A DNA stretch of 64,000 nucleotides. It comes from Antedon mediterranea. Its lineage: Eukaryota; Animalia; Echinodermata. Where the stretch lies: assembly GCF_964355755.1 (NCBI RefSeq), contig NC_092672.1, forward strand, positions 15,872,001 to 15,936,000, in the 5' to 3' direction. The notes beneath the pieces are model-generated. The model saw only the letters and a program-made list of their open reading frames with translations. It did no database searches and was not told where the DNA came from. The position numbers and the translations under genes were made by a program. Below, piece by piece: positions 1-14,334 of this stretch (positions are counted from its first letter, which is position 1; every line of letters begins with the position of its first letter).

Positions 1-797
1 TGGGTGTGGCTTTGATGACGTCATTATATTGTGAATTATAGTTTTCTTATGGTAGTGGTATTTTACATGTCAATAATAAGCTTTAATTTGATACCAAACT
101 TGCCATATTTATTTATTTCAGTAATTTTGTCATGAAGTTATGTAATATATAATGGGTGTGGCTTTGATGACGTCATTATAGTGTGAAATTATATTTTTCT
201 CATGTTAGTGGTATTGTACATGTCATAAGCTATAATTTGATACCAAACTTCACATGTTTATGTAATTTATATTTTTAAAATATTTTTATAGCTCTACACT
301 ACAAAATACATATATAATGGGTGTGGCTTTGATGACGTCATTATATTGTAAATTATATTTTTCTCATGTTAGTGGTATTGTACATGCCATAAGCTATAAT
401 TTGATACCAAACTTCACATGTTTATGTAATTTAAATTTTTTAAATATTTTTATAGCTCTACTGTACATACTACAAAATAGGTAATGTATAATGGGTGTGG
501 CTTTGATGACGTCATTATATTGTGAAATTATATTTTTCTTGTGTTAGTGGTATTGTACATGTCATAAGCTATGATTTGATACCAAACTTGAAATATTTAT
601 GTAATTTATATTTTTTAAATATTTTTACATAGCTACATAATATATTAAAAATAGGCGTGGTCAAAATGACGTCATTAAATTGTTTGAATTTTTGGGCACC
701 CCTTCTAGAATTGTGAGTTGTTAAAGAAGGTTTCTGCCAAGTTTGGTGCTTTTGTCACAAAGTAAACAAAAAAAAGTGCTAAGCGACCCTACTATTA
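1..797. repeat. Tandem array of ~150-175-bp units, probably the interior and end of a non-autonomous DNA/Helentron-like element
   Basis: AATGGGTGTGGCTTTGATGACGTCATTATA recurs at about 1, 151, 316, 490 and (degenerate) 650, each followed by TTTGATACCAAACTT; the array ends in a unique tail near 797. Confidence 0.75.
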
Positions 798-804
798 ACA
801 ATAT

Positions 805-930
805 CGGCTACTCAAGTGACAAGCAAATTGAAAAGAGTGTGACGTACCTAAACTCAACCAATGACCACAATGGCAGGTGAGGTAATGACAGGATTACCTG
901 CCCCTTCTATGATGAACTAGATGTCATGGA
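805..930 (+). pseudogene. Myb/SANT-like (trihelix) DNA-binding fragment of Harbinger type
   Basis: Manual translation gives ATQVTSKLK...DHNGR*GNDRITCPFYDELD, resembling the fragment at 35130-35330. Confidence 0.5.
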
Positions 931-1479
931 AGCAGGTAGACCAGTGGTAGCAACAAATGATGATGATTTTTTTTCTAAATTATCGTCAAAACATCGTAAG
1001 CGACGATAAACAAAATGGCTGTGCTCTGACCACATTAAATTTTTAGAGAAATTTGTATTAATACACCCCTATTCATTAAGCGCTGTGTGGGACCATGCCA
1101 CTGCTGTCGCTCATGCGGTCACAAGTTTCCAATACAAAATAACGCCCAGAGCCATAATATCTAAAGAGTGAAAACTTTGGATTAAAGTCACGCGATATGT
1201 TTAGTATATATTGGGTAGGTTATAATCGTAGCAAACAGCTTTATCTTTCCAACTACATAATACTAATTCGGTACACAGCCTCAAGTTTCACGGAGACAAA
1301 CAAACTCAATACACGAGTTGAGGTTCAGTCATTTTCAACGATATGATATGACATGCTGGTAACATTTTAACTCTGATAACACGTTTACAAACGCAGACTC
1401 TGTTTCAGTTCAACGAATGATTTGATTGTAACACTGACAATTAACAAAAGTGGTGAATTTCCACCCCAACCCCTTTTTT

Positions 1480-1940
1480 TTAAATTAACAAATTAACGCA
1501 TCTTACTCAGTCTCAACCATGTGGTCTGGGTGTACTATCTTTTCTACATCACCTATTTTTACTACATACTTTCTTGGACCTAGTGCTTTTACAATGGTAC
1601 CTTTTAACCATTTGTTTTCTTAACAAGTTGATCTGACAGTTTGGTTTACATTGAATTGCCTTTCCGTATTTACTTTATTATCTTTGTAAAAGATTTGTTT
1701 TGCTTGTTTTTCTTCTACGTACTGAGCAATATTTGGACTAACCAATGACAATCTTGTTCTTAATTTAAGTTTTAGAAACAATTCCGCTGGAGTAAGTTCA
1801 GTGGTATTATGGGCAGTAGTTCTATATCTTAACAGAAAACTAGCTAATCTGTGTTTCATTTACATGTTAGAATTACCATCAAGAACTTGCTTAGTCAAGC
1901 CTTCTTTTACTGTTCTTAAAGCTCGTTCTGCTGCGCCATT
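1480..1940 (-). mobile_element. Ty3/Gypsy LTR retrotransposon remnant, integrase C-terminal part
   Basis: NGAAERA..TVKEGL, RLASFLLRYRTTAHNTTELTPAELFL..KLRTRLSL, KWLKGTIVKALGPRKYVV; frameshifted; continues at 17827-18261. Confidence 0.85.
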
Positions 1941-2777
1941 AAAGGCCTGTTTATACTACGACGATAACTATAACTATATATTGTACACGATAATAGTTTT
2001 AACACCGTGTCGCGTTTACACTACAACGATTTTATCGTTCTATGACTCGCGACGTACGTCGTGACGTTCGCCTTTTGTTTCACAATCATGACGGACTCAG
2101 AAGACGACGATTATTTGTTATGCCTTCTGCTATATAAAAAAAGGTGTCAACTGAAAAAAAGATCGAAATTTATGGGTTCACCCCATAAATCAATCAAGAG
2201 AGACTTGTGGTGAATTCCATACACTTTTTCCCGAACTTATTTGTTATGAAGACAAATTTCATAGTTATTTCCGAGTATCCCCACAAGGCTTTTATGAAAT
2301 CCTAGAACTAATCAAAGACGATATCCCAAAAGAAACTACCCAATTTAGACCAAGTATTTCTATCGAACAAAGGCTGGCAGTATGCTTGAGGTAAGTATAT
2401 TTCAATTCCTTAAAAAAAAAAAATTTTATAGGCCTAGGACTAGGTAGTATACACTAGGAAAAACTCACATGGTGTACAGTAGCTAGGCCTAGTTTAGTAA
2501 GTTCAATGACATGCAACACAGTCACAGTGTCATTACCGTAGTTGAGCATTATACCCGAGTCAATTAAGTTTCGACTCGTCTTGTGTCGCTAATATTATAA
2601 AGCAATGAAAATGAAATATTGAATTGACATTTATTTACAACTGTTTAATAAAATTAAAAAGCATAACATAGGCCTAATTCAAAAAGAATGTAAGAAATGC
2701 AATATAAAAGAAAAATTTAGTGTACGAAAAATGTCTTTGTTGTTGTTGACACAGAGGTCTGGATCTGGATCATTATA

Positions 2778-4044
2778 CAGTCAACTCTCCCAATACCGGA
2801 CTCTCCCAAAACCGGAATTCACAGAAAACCGGACTTTTTTGGAGGGCCCAATTTGTCCCTATTCTAAATGTACTGTAATTTATTATGAAAACCGGAATAC
2901 CCAATTCGGGAATCCGGACAAAATATGAAGTACAAAACACGAAAATTAGCGTCTGAAAACCGGACTGACAGTTAAAAAACTCCAAATATTTACGAAAACA
3001 ACGTAACATCGTCGTCGCTGACTCGGATTCAATACATTCACAATGTACAAAAGCTTTTAACCATACTGACCGGACCATGCATGAAGTGCGCGACGTTTCG
3101 CAGTACGATCAAATAACGTTGCCATGGAGCGCTACACTGTGATTGACAGGTCAGTTCATTGTTAACCCACGAGGCGGCAATTGCTTTGTTGCGTATCAAA
3201 CTGCGGTGAAGGGCTATGTCTTAATGTCTATTGTTTTTAACAACTCCCTGTTTTTTAGCATATGAATTGTTTTTTAATAAAGTTCAATTTACATTCCACT
3301 TTGTGTCTTTGTTTTGTTTAAATTATTGTTAAATTCACAATTGCAATAGGACTTTAAAAGGAATGTTTCACTAAAAATGTGCATCATTATAAATTTGGAA
3401 ATCATTATGGCAAAACGTAAACGGAATGAACTTGACTTAACTAGTGTTAATGAACTTTGAAATGTTACCAATTAATTATTGTGTCATTATTGCTTGGCTC
3501 GTTTATTGCTATCAAATTACGTCAAAATAAAGGAGCTTAAAAAACATGTGGTCTAAGTGTGGGTGTTTTTATTTGATTATGACACCTCTGCACATGCGCA
3601 TCAATCAAAGCCCCGCTCTGCTATTTTTATCACCCATGCTGCTGCTACTAGCTCGCGATAAACAATAAACGACCAAAATTATGTTCACCGTACGTACGTA
3701 GGCCTAGCCTAGGCCTTTTTTGCTGCTAAAAACACATTGAGAAACAATAATTTACTACTGTAACATGTTTTATGGGTACAGTAAATAATGTAACTTTTAA
3801 AAAAGGTAAATTGAATTAGCTTAATATTAATAAAGTAGGCCTAGGCCTATCGGTATTATTTAATTAAAACTAGCTTGACACAATCATAGCCTAGGCCTTC
3901 CCTACGCTAGACCGTACCGGGCAGCATTCGGACCGGTGATTCAAAGCATTTTCAGTGACAACGTGATGACTTTAAAAATATGTTTTCAGGAAACCGGAAA
4001 ATATATGCCCGCCCAAGGGTGTCCGGTATTGGGAGAGTTGACTG
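2778..4044 (+). mobile_element. Tc1/mariner-pogo-type MITE (family A) in transposase intron 1
   Basis: TA TSD; TIR CAGTCAACTCTCCCAATACCGGAC; second copy at 38532-39806 in opposite orientation. Confidence 0.9.
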
Positions 4045-4703
4045 TACTCAAATAAAGCAGGAAAACTGCATCACACTAGAGTTAAGTTATGATCCGACCT
4101 TTTTTCTTTTTGGTAAAGCTTCACATTGACAAAAATTTCTGTTATGAGATTAATCTATAGCATTATTGTTATGTTTAATTTTCAGGTTCTTGGCCACCGG
4201 AGATTCCTATAAAACTATAGGTTTCAGTTTCCGTATGGGAAAGGCTACCGTGTCAACCATTGTAAACGAAGTTTGCTTAAGTCTGTAGAGGCGTCTCCAA
4301 CCTATATATATGTCATCGCCGAGTGAACAACAATGGAGGCAGATTGCCGACAGTTTTAATAGGCGATGGCAATACCCAAACTGCATAGGGGCAATTGACG
4401 GAAAGCATATATACCTCAAAGCCCCTAACAAGTCAGGCAGTTTGTTTTTCAATTACAAGGGGTCGTTTTCTATCGTTCTGTTGGCCCTTGTAGATGCAGA
4501 CTACTGTTTTACCGCAGTCGATATAGGAGCATACGGATCAAATAGGTAATGTTTAATTATGTTCTTTAAACCATCAAGTATTTTTATATTAGTTCCTACT
4601 TAGTACTGTTACTAAATCCGTACTCATGTATTTAATAGGTCATTCACAGGCTATTGGTGAACCAACATATAAATGATATAAATGCAATTGACAATCCCAA
4701 ATA

Positions 4704-6447
4704 CCGTATATTTCGGTGTATAAGACGCACCCCCTAACTGAGAGTAAAATATCGGTACTTTTTATATCGTCGATGTATAAGACGCACCTTATATTTCATC
4801 AAAACAATGTTTTTTTTAAATTGTAATCAATATTATTGTAATAATATATTTTGTTATATTACATAGCCTATGTAAATACGCGAACGTGATTGGTTGAAAC
4901 TGCATCACATGACTACCGCTGCGAGGATCGTAAATCGTATATATCCTCGAGAACGATGATATTGACTGTATAATTTTTGCGTAATTATCGTGTCCCCGGT
5001 CATTAATCATATAAATTTTCGAGTACGATGAAATTGACTGTGTAATTTTCGTGTGCAACATTCGCGTTTGCCAATAAATAAACAAAAGTCATCTACCGGT
5101 TCTTGAACTTGCGATGCAATTGTCACTCAATCACAAGACAACGCTTCAACCGCTGCGCCACGTAACTTGCTTGAAGATATTAATCTTCTAAACTATTTAA
5201 GCTATGCATACATAGCGCCCTCATTTGTTATTAGTCCACCCTAAATGTGATGAAACACAGTTTGTGATTGGTCAATACTCACGGTAGTAACCTAGTAACT
5301 AGTACGCGCTGAACATCCGGTGATTCTGCTCCTCGAAGAGAAGAAGACGAATTGTTTATTCGGCCTACCTGATTATAATATTATTATTAATAGGCTTATT
5401 GATGGAAATTCTCCTGTTAATTTAAATGACCTAGGCCTAAGTGAATATTTTATTGCCAAGGAATCATTAAATAGTAATTATCTGTATATTATTCTTCGCA
5501 AGGTAAGTTGTCTTGGCAGGCTTGTTTAAATACAATACAAATAGCCTACTAATAGGAAGCCTAGCTTCACCCAACCCAGCAGACTTATAATATTCTTGGC
5601 TATATAATATAACAGATATTGCCTTTTATATCGGTTAAATATAAGATTTGACATCCCCTCGGGAATGATATTAAGTTCTCGGGGAATATATATTTCCCTC
5701 AGCTGGTGCTTCGGGAAATATATATTCCTACGAACTTAATATCATTCCCGAGGGGATGTCAAATCTTATATTTAACCTCTAAGCAGTCAATATCTGTATA
5801 ATATCTACAACTGCGTCCTTTATTTAGGTTTTTTCTTACCTAGGCTCGGCCGCGCCCAGCCTCAACAAGTTGTTTCTAACTTGTTATTCATGAGTTTCGC
5901 ACCCGCAACATCGAGTGCATGACCGTGTGTGTAGCACGCACGTGTGTGGGCTAGCCTCGCTCGATCATTTCGAGAGGGCGCACGTTTTCACGGACAATCG
6001 TATTCGATTAGTATCTATGTATTCGAGAAGTGTGTACTTCACCTGGAGAATATACTAGTCGAATACCGTACAACATGTGCCCGCCAAGAAGGGCTTGGGG
6101 GTACGGCGGTCGTGCGTATAACTATAAATAAATAATAGGCCTATTCCAATCGTAAACGTTTACAAATGAAATTTTATCGGAGCGCCTAAAACAGCTCCAT
6201 AATAAACAAATCTTTTCATCATATTTAGTATAACATCACGCTAAAATGCCTTGAAAACTAGGCAGAAGCAGGTTGCCGTTACGTTAGTACACTGTAGCTA
6301 GGCCTAGCCTACTCAGGCCTAGCCAACGAGTTAACGATATGTACACTCTGTGTGGTGAGGCATTTATGTTCGGTGTATAAGACGCACCCTTAATTTAGAG
6401 GTCAAATTTGCGTGTCAAAAGTGCGACTTATACACCGAAATATACGG
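4704..6447 (-). mobile_element. Tc1/mariner-pogo-type MITE (family B) in transposase intron 2
   Basis: TA TSD; TIR CCGTATATTTCGGTGTATAAG; inverted relative to the copy at 6992-7839. Confidence 0.9.
5612..5797. mobile_element. Palindromic (hairpin) mini-element nested in the family B MITE
   Basis: Near-perfect inverted arms GGTTAAATATAAGATTTGACATCCCCTCGGGAATGATATTAAGTTC / reverse complement, with a short loop. Confidence 0.75.
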
Positions 6448-6991
6448 TAGCAATAAAACAGTTATTTTTTTCTAATGCATCATAGGTCTATCTTGTGTCC
6501 TATTAAAATTATATACGACAATGTTATTGTTACTTATCAGTGATGGAGGAATATTTGCTCACAGTCAGCTTGGACAAGCTATGGACAGTGGAACATTAAA
6601 TATTCCAGCCGACAATGAAATACCAGGCATCAACCAAGCATTACCCCATGTTATCGTTGGTGATGAAGCCTTTCTATTAAGGAGAAATATAATGCGGCCA
6701 TTCCAAGGCAAAAACCTTGATGAATCCAAAAAGATTTACAACTACCGCCACTCAAGAGCACGCAGAATTTCAGAAAATACATTTGGTATTATGGCGACAA
6801 TATTTCAAATATATCAACGCAAAATTCAACTGCAACCTGACAATGTAGACAAGGTAATTAATGAGACTAACTAGAATATTGGTATGGGCCTATAATAACA
6901 ATAATCAAAATTATGGAAAAAACTCTAAAAATGGCATTTATTGTCCTTTTACTAAGGTCTTGATTATCTGGATTTCAGGTTGTAAAAGCTA

Positions 6992-7839
6992 CCGTATATT
7001 TCGGTGTATAAGTCGCACTTTTGACACGCAAATTTGACCTCTAAATTAAGGGTGCGTCTTATACACCGAACATAAATGCCTCACCACACAGATTGTACAT
7101 AGGCCTAGGCTATCGTCACCTCGTTTGCTAGGCCTGAGTAGGCTAGGCCTAGCTACAGTAACTAACTAACGTAACGGCAACCTGCTTCTGCCTAGGCCTA
7201 GTTTTCAAGTCATTTTAGCATGATGTTATACTAAATATGATGAAAAGATTTGTTCATTATGGCGCTCCGATAAAATTTCATTTGTAAACGTTTACGTCGT
7301 ACGATTGGAATAGTATTTATTTATACAGTAGTTATACGCACGATCGCCGTACCCCAAGCGCAAGCCCTTCTTTTGGTGGCACATGGTGTACGGTATTCGA
7401 CTAGTATATTCTCCAGGTGATTATAGCATGGACCTAGCGTACACACTTCTCGGATACATAGATACTAATCGAATACGATTGTCCATGAAAACGTGCGCCC
7501 TCTCGAAATGATCGAGCGAGGCTAGCCCACACACGTGCGTGTTACACACACGGTCATGCACTCGATGTTGCGGCGAAACTCATGAATAACAAGTTAGAAA
7601 GAACTTGTTGAGGCTGGGCGCGGTCGAGCCTAGGTAAGAAAAAACCTAAATAAAGGACGCCGTTGTAGATATAACAAAATATATTATTACAATAATATTG
7701 ATTACAATTTAAAAAAACATTGTTTTGATGAAATATAAGGTGCGTCTTATACATCGACGATATAAAAAATACCGATATTTTACTCTCAGTTGGGGGTGCG
7801 TCTTATACACAGGTGCGACTTATACACCGAAATATACGG
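6992..7839 (+). mobile_element. Family B MITE inserted in transposase exon 4
   Basis: gcTA[CCGTATATTTCGG...CCGAAATATACGG]TAca; removing it restores VVKATCVLHNY. Confidence 0.93.
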
Positions 7840-8288
7840 TACATGTGTGCTTCACAACTACATGCGCAAGACACAAACAGGAAGTGCTGCATTTCAAATT
7901 CATAGTGAAGAATTTCCAACACTGCCAGAAGCAGGAGCATTGCAAAATCTACAGGCAACTGGAAACAGGGCATCTATTGATGCATTGGTAGTTAGAGACA
8001 AGTTTAAAGAATACTTTAATTCAGAGCAAGGTCAAGTACCATGGCAGAGATCAAGCTGTTTCGGAACTGCACAGATACAGACCAGCATGCCGTAAAATAT
8101 CAAACTGCAATTTTCTTATATAAATGTGCATTATAAAAATTAAGTTTTTAATTTTACTTCAATTTGATTTCACCTGGAATCAGTTAACAATCTCACATGA
8201 AAAACTTTTTACAAAAAACTGAACTAACGCTATTTAAAAGTAAAGTGAAATTAAAAAATCAAATGGCGCTTAGGTGTGTTATAGTTAA

Positions 8289-8722
8289 AGACACCTTCCC
8301 TACAATTTGTGACGTTTTGTAAAAATAATACATATATATTAATTACTTTAAAAACATTAAACCAGGTCATTCCTTGTCTTAAATGTACGTTTTATGGTAA
8401 ATTATGATAAAAAGTGAGAAACAATGCACTACCTAATTAGCTCGCGTCGAATGGACGGTATAGTTGCTGCATTAATTGTCTTTCTATTTTTGCCAGAGTC
8501 CGTTGATACAAATTGGGAAAAATAAAAAAATTTCAATCCGCACGCAATGCATTTTGGGATTTTTAGCGGGCCGCTATAATTATTAGAATCAACTTATTTT
8601 TCACATTTTTAACCATTTAAAGATGAAAAAAGTTATCGCAATAGAACCATATAGTATTATTTTTACATTAAATATAGTTTGTGATCTTAAATTAGATCTA
8701 AAAAAACGTAGGGAAGGGGTCT
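8289..8722. mobile_element. Kolobok-like MITE between the two convergent stop codons
   Basis: TTAA on both sides; TIR AGACACCTTCCCTAC / GTAGGGAAGGGGTCT. Confidence 0.7.
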
Positions 8723-9639
8723 TTAAAATATTAAAATAGCTGACAGATTTCAATCATTTCAAAATGTGATAATTATTAAAGTGTTCATTCTTCATCCGCA
8801 AGTAACTCAATTTCTATTTCTGATATAAGTTGCTGAATTTTACGTTTAACTTCGATTTGCTGCCTCTTGGGGAATGATTTTGTTGTCTCTGCCATAGCAC
8901 AAAAAAATAAATCTACATCGTTCTTTTCGGATTTTTTCTTTTTAGCAATTAACTCTACTATTGCTTCATCAACAGCATCTGTTTTCATTGTCTTTTTGTG
9001 CTGCTGCTGGATTGTTTACTTTCTACGTCTTCATTAAGATTAGTGGATGTTCTATATAAATTGATAATGAAAGTATACATTAGTAAAGTATGTAAATCCA
9101 GAGTAGACTGATGATAGTTTGCATTTATGTACAGAATTGTCTTTCAGTATGTACAGTGGGCTACAGTATAGTAATATAAACAATTAAATCAGTCAATGTA
9201 CATAGAAAATCAATTTTGTTTTCTGTCCATGTGGTGTAGAACTTATTGTTTCTAAAATAAATTTCCTGTACATGAATTAAGTACCTTGAATACAGTAAAA
9301 TGCGATAACAATAAACAGTGAATTAACAAATATGTATTTCATGATATACTTCAGCATGTGAATATTTTGTTATTACGATAAATGAATAATAAAAAAAAAC
9401 ACAATTAACTTAAAGTTACAGAAAGAAAACAAATTTCAACTTACTCCCTAGATTTTAAGAAAGGGTCCAAAAACCCAAGGATGTTTGCATACTTATATGC
9501 TTTTGATTGGCCTCATCACCACTTTTTTGTTTTTTCCGCTTGGTATTCATGAAGGCATCCCTGATATTACCCCATTTTTTTTGGGCTTCATCACCTGCGA
9601 AGGAAACAAAATCCTATAGTAGTAGTTAGTAGTAGTAGT

Positions 9640-9841
9640 AGTTATTACTTTATAAATGGTTATGTTTCGCCATTGTCAGGTAGCGTACTGTAGCCGGGCC
9701 TTCTAGGACACACATTCAGTAATACTAATATATATTATTATTATACCTAGGCATATAGGTGGTAAATATAAACCCCACTGAATGTGTATCCAGCTACAGT
9801 ACGCTACCTGACAATGGCAAAACATTTATAAAGTAATAACT
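9640..9841. mobile_element. Hairpin MITE-like element
   Basis: Arms AGTTATTACTTTATAAATG..GCCATTGTCAGGTAGCGTACTGTAGC and reverse complement. Confidence 0.65.
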
Positions 9842-11689
9842 TTTACATAAAACAAAAGAAATTTGAAAAGTTTTCATTCTAGCATTATAGGATAATCATC
9901 TATGCTGTCTTTGATAAAAAAATTATTTTAAAAAATACAATAAAATATTAACGTCATGATCAATAAACACAATAAAATCGTTATTATGTTATTGCTCTTA
10001 CTAATCATGACGTCATTTGATTGGACGTGTGAAAGTAAGGCAGCATAGATGGTTATACTAGGCTATATAGTTCCAGGATAAAAACTTTTTAGATTTATTT
10101 TACTTTAGTATTCACTCTAGTAACTAGTAGTAACAGGGCCCTTAGGCTATTATTAGGGGTTTTAGCTACTAGTTAGGTACTTAGGAATAACTAGGCTAGC
10201 TTGCCTCTAGGATAGGTAGCTAGGCCTGTCACGCCAAAATGGATCCGGCCAAAACTGGTCCGGTCGGATCGATTTTGGCGTTGAACAGCCGCTAAAACAG
10301 GTCCGGCTAGGCCCAAGCTGGTCCGGCCTTTAAAATCGCTTATTTATTCTTTAAAATGTGTTAAGAAGCCTGAAAACAGTTCAAATGGTTAAAGTAAACT
10401 AAGCTTAAAGTAAATATACTAAATATTACCGTACAAACGAAAAGAAATTATCGAAACACTAATTAAAGAAACTCTAATCGGATTTTGAGATATTCTATTG
10501 TTCAGTTCGTTTAAAACTAATAGCGCCCTCTAGTAATTTTATATTATGTCTAAGATCTTAGATATTAATGTACAAACTGAATACGTCTTGGGCGTATTCA
10601 ATAATGATTAATAATAACATATAGAACGTTAATTATTATTAGTATTATTATTTTAGGTTGTTGTCATTACTGCTATCAGTATCTTTTTTTTTTGCCTTTG
10701 TAAGAAATTATACCCGCCTTATTTTTTTTCAGTCCACATTTTGGGGTGCAAGTGGCCACCAAGGGCCTCTCTATTAATAGTATAAAACAACGATAATAAC
10801 AATCGATATGGGTAGCAATACTAACATTAATAAAGATCAAAAATCGACAAACGACACCACAGTGGAACGACCGGTTCCCACATTCACGAGTTTCGTAATA
10901 GTCTTAGCGAAAAAAAAGAAGGTAAAACAATTATTTAGTACAGAGATTTTTTTTTATCACCCCAAATTATGGACTTTTAAGAATTCAATTACTTATTAAT
11001 ATTACGCTCTAATAATATCACTGGTTGGTGTACGCGTGGGTTGCGTCATCATTTTATAGTGCCGTAATCAAGTTTTAGCGAAAAATAAGAGGGTTAAATT
11101 TGTCATTTTCTAAAAATTACCCAAAATATGAACTTTTTAGAATCCAATTATTACGCTCTAATATCATTATTTAGGCCTACTGGTAATATTTGTAATTTTA
11201 AAAAAAAATCTTTACACCGCAACCCAGGACCGCAGCTGAAAAAAAGCTGTGGCACATCTAACGTGGATGGGAATGTTATAACATAGAGCAGCTGAACGTA
11301 GGCTACAAATACAATACAATGAATTATTTGACTAGCCTATAGGTTTATTTCAATCTTGCAAAACACAATTCATATATTTAATTCAAAATGTATGAGTCCT
11401 AAATAGGCCTACTGTATTTGATTGTTACAATGTAATAATATATTACCTGCAGTATTATGTTTTATATTTTTATACAGTAAATACTGTAATTTAAAACAAT
11501 AAAATTCACTATACATCAACTAAGGTAAACATATTAAAAATGGTACGCTTAACCAAGGCCTTGCGTGCAAAATCACGCATTAACATTTTAAAATGCTCAA
11601 AATTACGTTTTGATCAATTTTAGAACATGATTTAGGCCATTTGCGTGTTTCAAAAATACTGCGCGAAAAAACATCGAAACGGCCCAGAA

Positions 11690-12680
11690 AAGACAGAAAA
11701 TCAATTATGACAGAAGGCATGCACAACCAACTGAATTCGAATGCGGAACATATGTATTGATGAAAGATCTGCGAAGGAAAAAAAGGAAGGGAGGAAAACT
11801 GGAAAATAAATGGTTAGGTCCATACAAAATTACTTCAAAACTGGGAAAGGGATCATATTCTCTGATAGGGCTAGATGACGACAGTGTTATCAAACGTGTT
11901 AACGGGATACTTCTGAAGCCATATATCTTTCCACCAACATCTTCATCAAAATATGATTGCCCCAACACTCAAACGTCCGGCAGTACTTCACCACCCGTTT
12001 CGCCACTAATCGTCAATGGAAGCAACCTGCCTTTTAAATTGTCAAATAATCTGCCCGAAAAAGCGGCAAATGAATCAATGGAACACCACAATGCTGAGAA
12101 ATATAAGGAAGAAGGACCCTCTCAAAACGTTAGACAGGACAAGCATCTTGATCAACAATTAGATGATGTGATATTCTGTGGTTCTGTGGCAAGGAGAAAA
12201 ATCATTTTTGTTTGGAATCGACGTTAAAATATCATACAAGACGTGAATACAAATCAAAGAGAAATGAACAAGGCAGCAAAACCCACGAAAACAGCCATGA
12301 TGCGCGGAGACGGGAGCGCTTAGTTACGTTCTTGTTGGTGTCTAAAGTCACCATGATTGTGAGGGACCATATTTTAGAGTGTATGTCCAAAACAGACGTA
12401 TCTTTGAAAACTGCGACAGCAGATCATTCGAAAAATACACAAGTGATACAGCTATGTCTAAAGATGGAACATGGGCCGGGGCTCCGAGTTTGAAATTTAA
12501 GCATTTGCAACAATGACGAAAACCATTGTCTACAAATATGGCACAAGAAAGAATCAACCACATTTTCAATGGCTGGGAGTATTGCCCATTAACAAATAGT
12601 GATGCTGAAATTTCGGAAAGAAATGTGTATCTTTCAACTGTTTGTGCTCATTTTGAGCCAGTTTTGGACGTTGAAAAACA
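11690..12680 (+). pseudogene. Ginger integrase C-terminus (GPY/F module) followed by an OTU-like protease remnant
   Basis: KGGKLENKWLGPYKITSKLGKGSYSL..KRVNGILLKPY; then MRGDG..ALSYVLVG, DGTWAG..EI*AFATM, AHFEPV across frameshifts. Confidence 0.72.
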
Positions 12681-14334
12681 AGAGGAGGGGTTACTTGACA
12701 CATCGGAACGAAAGTACATCCGCAGACCATACCATTCAATACCCAAGTATCTCGCCCGCAAATATTGGGACTACATCACCGAAGAAACCTTAAACGCTGC
12801 TCTTGTGGACAATTATTGTGAAATTGAGCCAAATATCTTCAACTTGTTGTACGATGTCGAAGATTTCCAGGAGAAATTTTTAGAGAAAACAACTCTCATA
12901 CCTTCCCTCATTAAAAGGACGTGCTATAATACACAAATCTGTATTGTCAAATAAAAAATAATATGTAAGTTTTGGGTATGATGCGTCTCACATGCACACA
13001 GAGCCAAGATATAAGGAGCTTGGACTTGCACCGTGCATGGGCCCTAACCTTACGATTTTCATTTATCTTATCATCCCATGCTCTTATTCTAATATCTTGT
13101 TTCTTTCTATTTCATTCTTCTACGATCACTTCATATTTTCATGTCTTGGTGAAAAGGAAGGCTCCGGCCTCCCCTGGGTTTATAGCCTTTCTACCCAAAC
13201 AACGGCACACATGGTAAATTCATTTTTTTCTATTAATGTTTGTATATAAATGCGACGTATTACTATTGTATCGTATAAATGATATACAAAATATACGTAC
13301 TTTATATATATAAGTATTTATGCAGTTACACAAAGTATACTGTATATAAAATGTAATTTTGCATTATCATGTAGATTATAGGCCTACTGTACTTTTCTAC
13401 ACGAAATAGATGGCGCAGAGTGTCTTGGCGAAACATAACTATATTAACGACACAATCTAGCTATTTTTAAATGCGAAATAATTTTGAAAATACCTAAAGT
13501 TTTAGGAGGGACATTTGTTGATGCATTGATGATGTATTGTCCCCTGAAAAATGGTAATGTTCCATAATAGTTATTCACTTTGACCAAAAATGGATCAAAA
13601 CAATTTTGTTTTCCTGAAAAGACTGTACCAACAGCCAATGGGTTTTTGGTTTAATATAACCGTTTGTTTTTTATTTTTATAATATAAGTGGAAACATTTT
13701 TTTTCTTTTTTTTTGGCGGAAAGGAAGGCTCAGTAGTCCTCATCAATTAAAAAAACAATAAAAGTGTTCTTTTATATCATGCTCGTCTAAATTCGTGTCA
13801 AATTCATTTACTATCGTATCGGCTGAAACCATGAGTATTTCTGAAATCTAAATTTTTGTAATATGTATGCAGACAAAGAATAACTAAAATTTAATTCCTC
13901 ACTTTGAAGAATAAATAGGTGATAATTTTATAATTTTACTGACATTTCATTTTAAAACAGATGCAGTTACAGTACGTTAAAATACGATCGCAAAACGTTG
14001 ATGTATGTCATCCTATGAGCTGATGCATATATGCTACGCTTATTATAGTGCTGAGTTGTGTATGTTTCATATACAATATACAGTGTTTACTATATACAGT
14101 GTAGCATAGGTGAAATTACGAAACACACATCATTGGTATGATGACGTTATCAAAATCAAACACGAAGATGACAAATTCAAAATCGATTAAAATGGAATAT
14201 TCAACAAACAATATTATATGAGAACCCTCTTTTTTAAACCCTTCAGTGCAAGTTAAAGTTATATATTATTAAAAACAAATTCTAAACCGATCGGTGATAT
14301 ACTGAAAATGTATTAATTTGGAACGATAATAACA

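Larger units (their letters stand above)
2088..8095 (+). pseudogene. Harbinger (HARBI1-like DDE) transposase, 4 exons: 2088-2390, 4186-4545, 6541-6853, 6979-6991+7842-8095
   Basis: GT-AG junctions join WVHPIN..RLAVCL|RFLATGDSY..CIGAIDGKH..NYKG..GAYGSN|SDGGIF..VGDEAF..SRARRISENTFG|VVKATCVLHNY..RDKFKEYF; frameshift in exon 1, in-frame TAG in exon 2, MITE insertion in exon 4. Confidence 0.92.

Noticed and set aside
2088-8095. Domesticated host HARBI1 gene
   Set aside because: It lies within TIRs and has a frameshift, a premature stop and an exonic MITE
11757-12227. Gypsy LTR retrotransposon pol end
   Set aside because: Bounded by long inverted rather than direct repeats with TGT..ACA ends, and followed by OTU-like motifs; Ginger1 fits better
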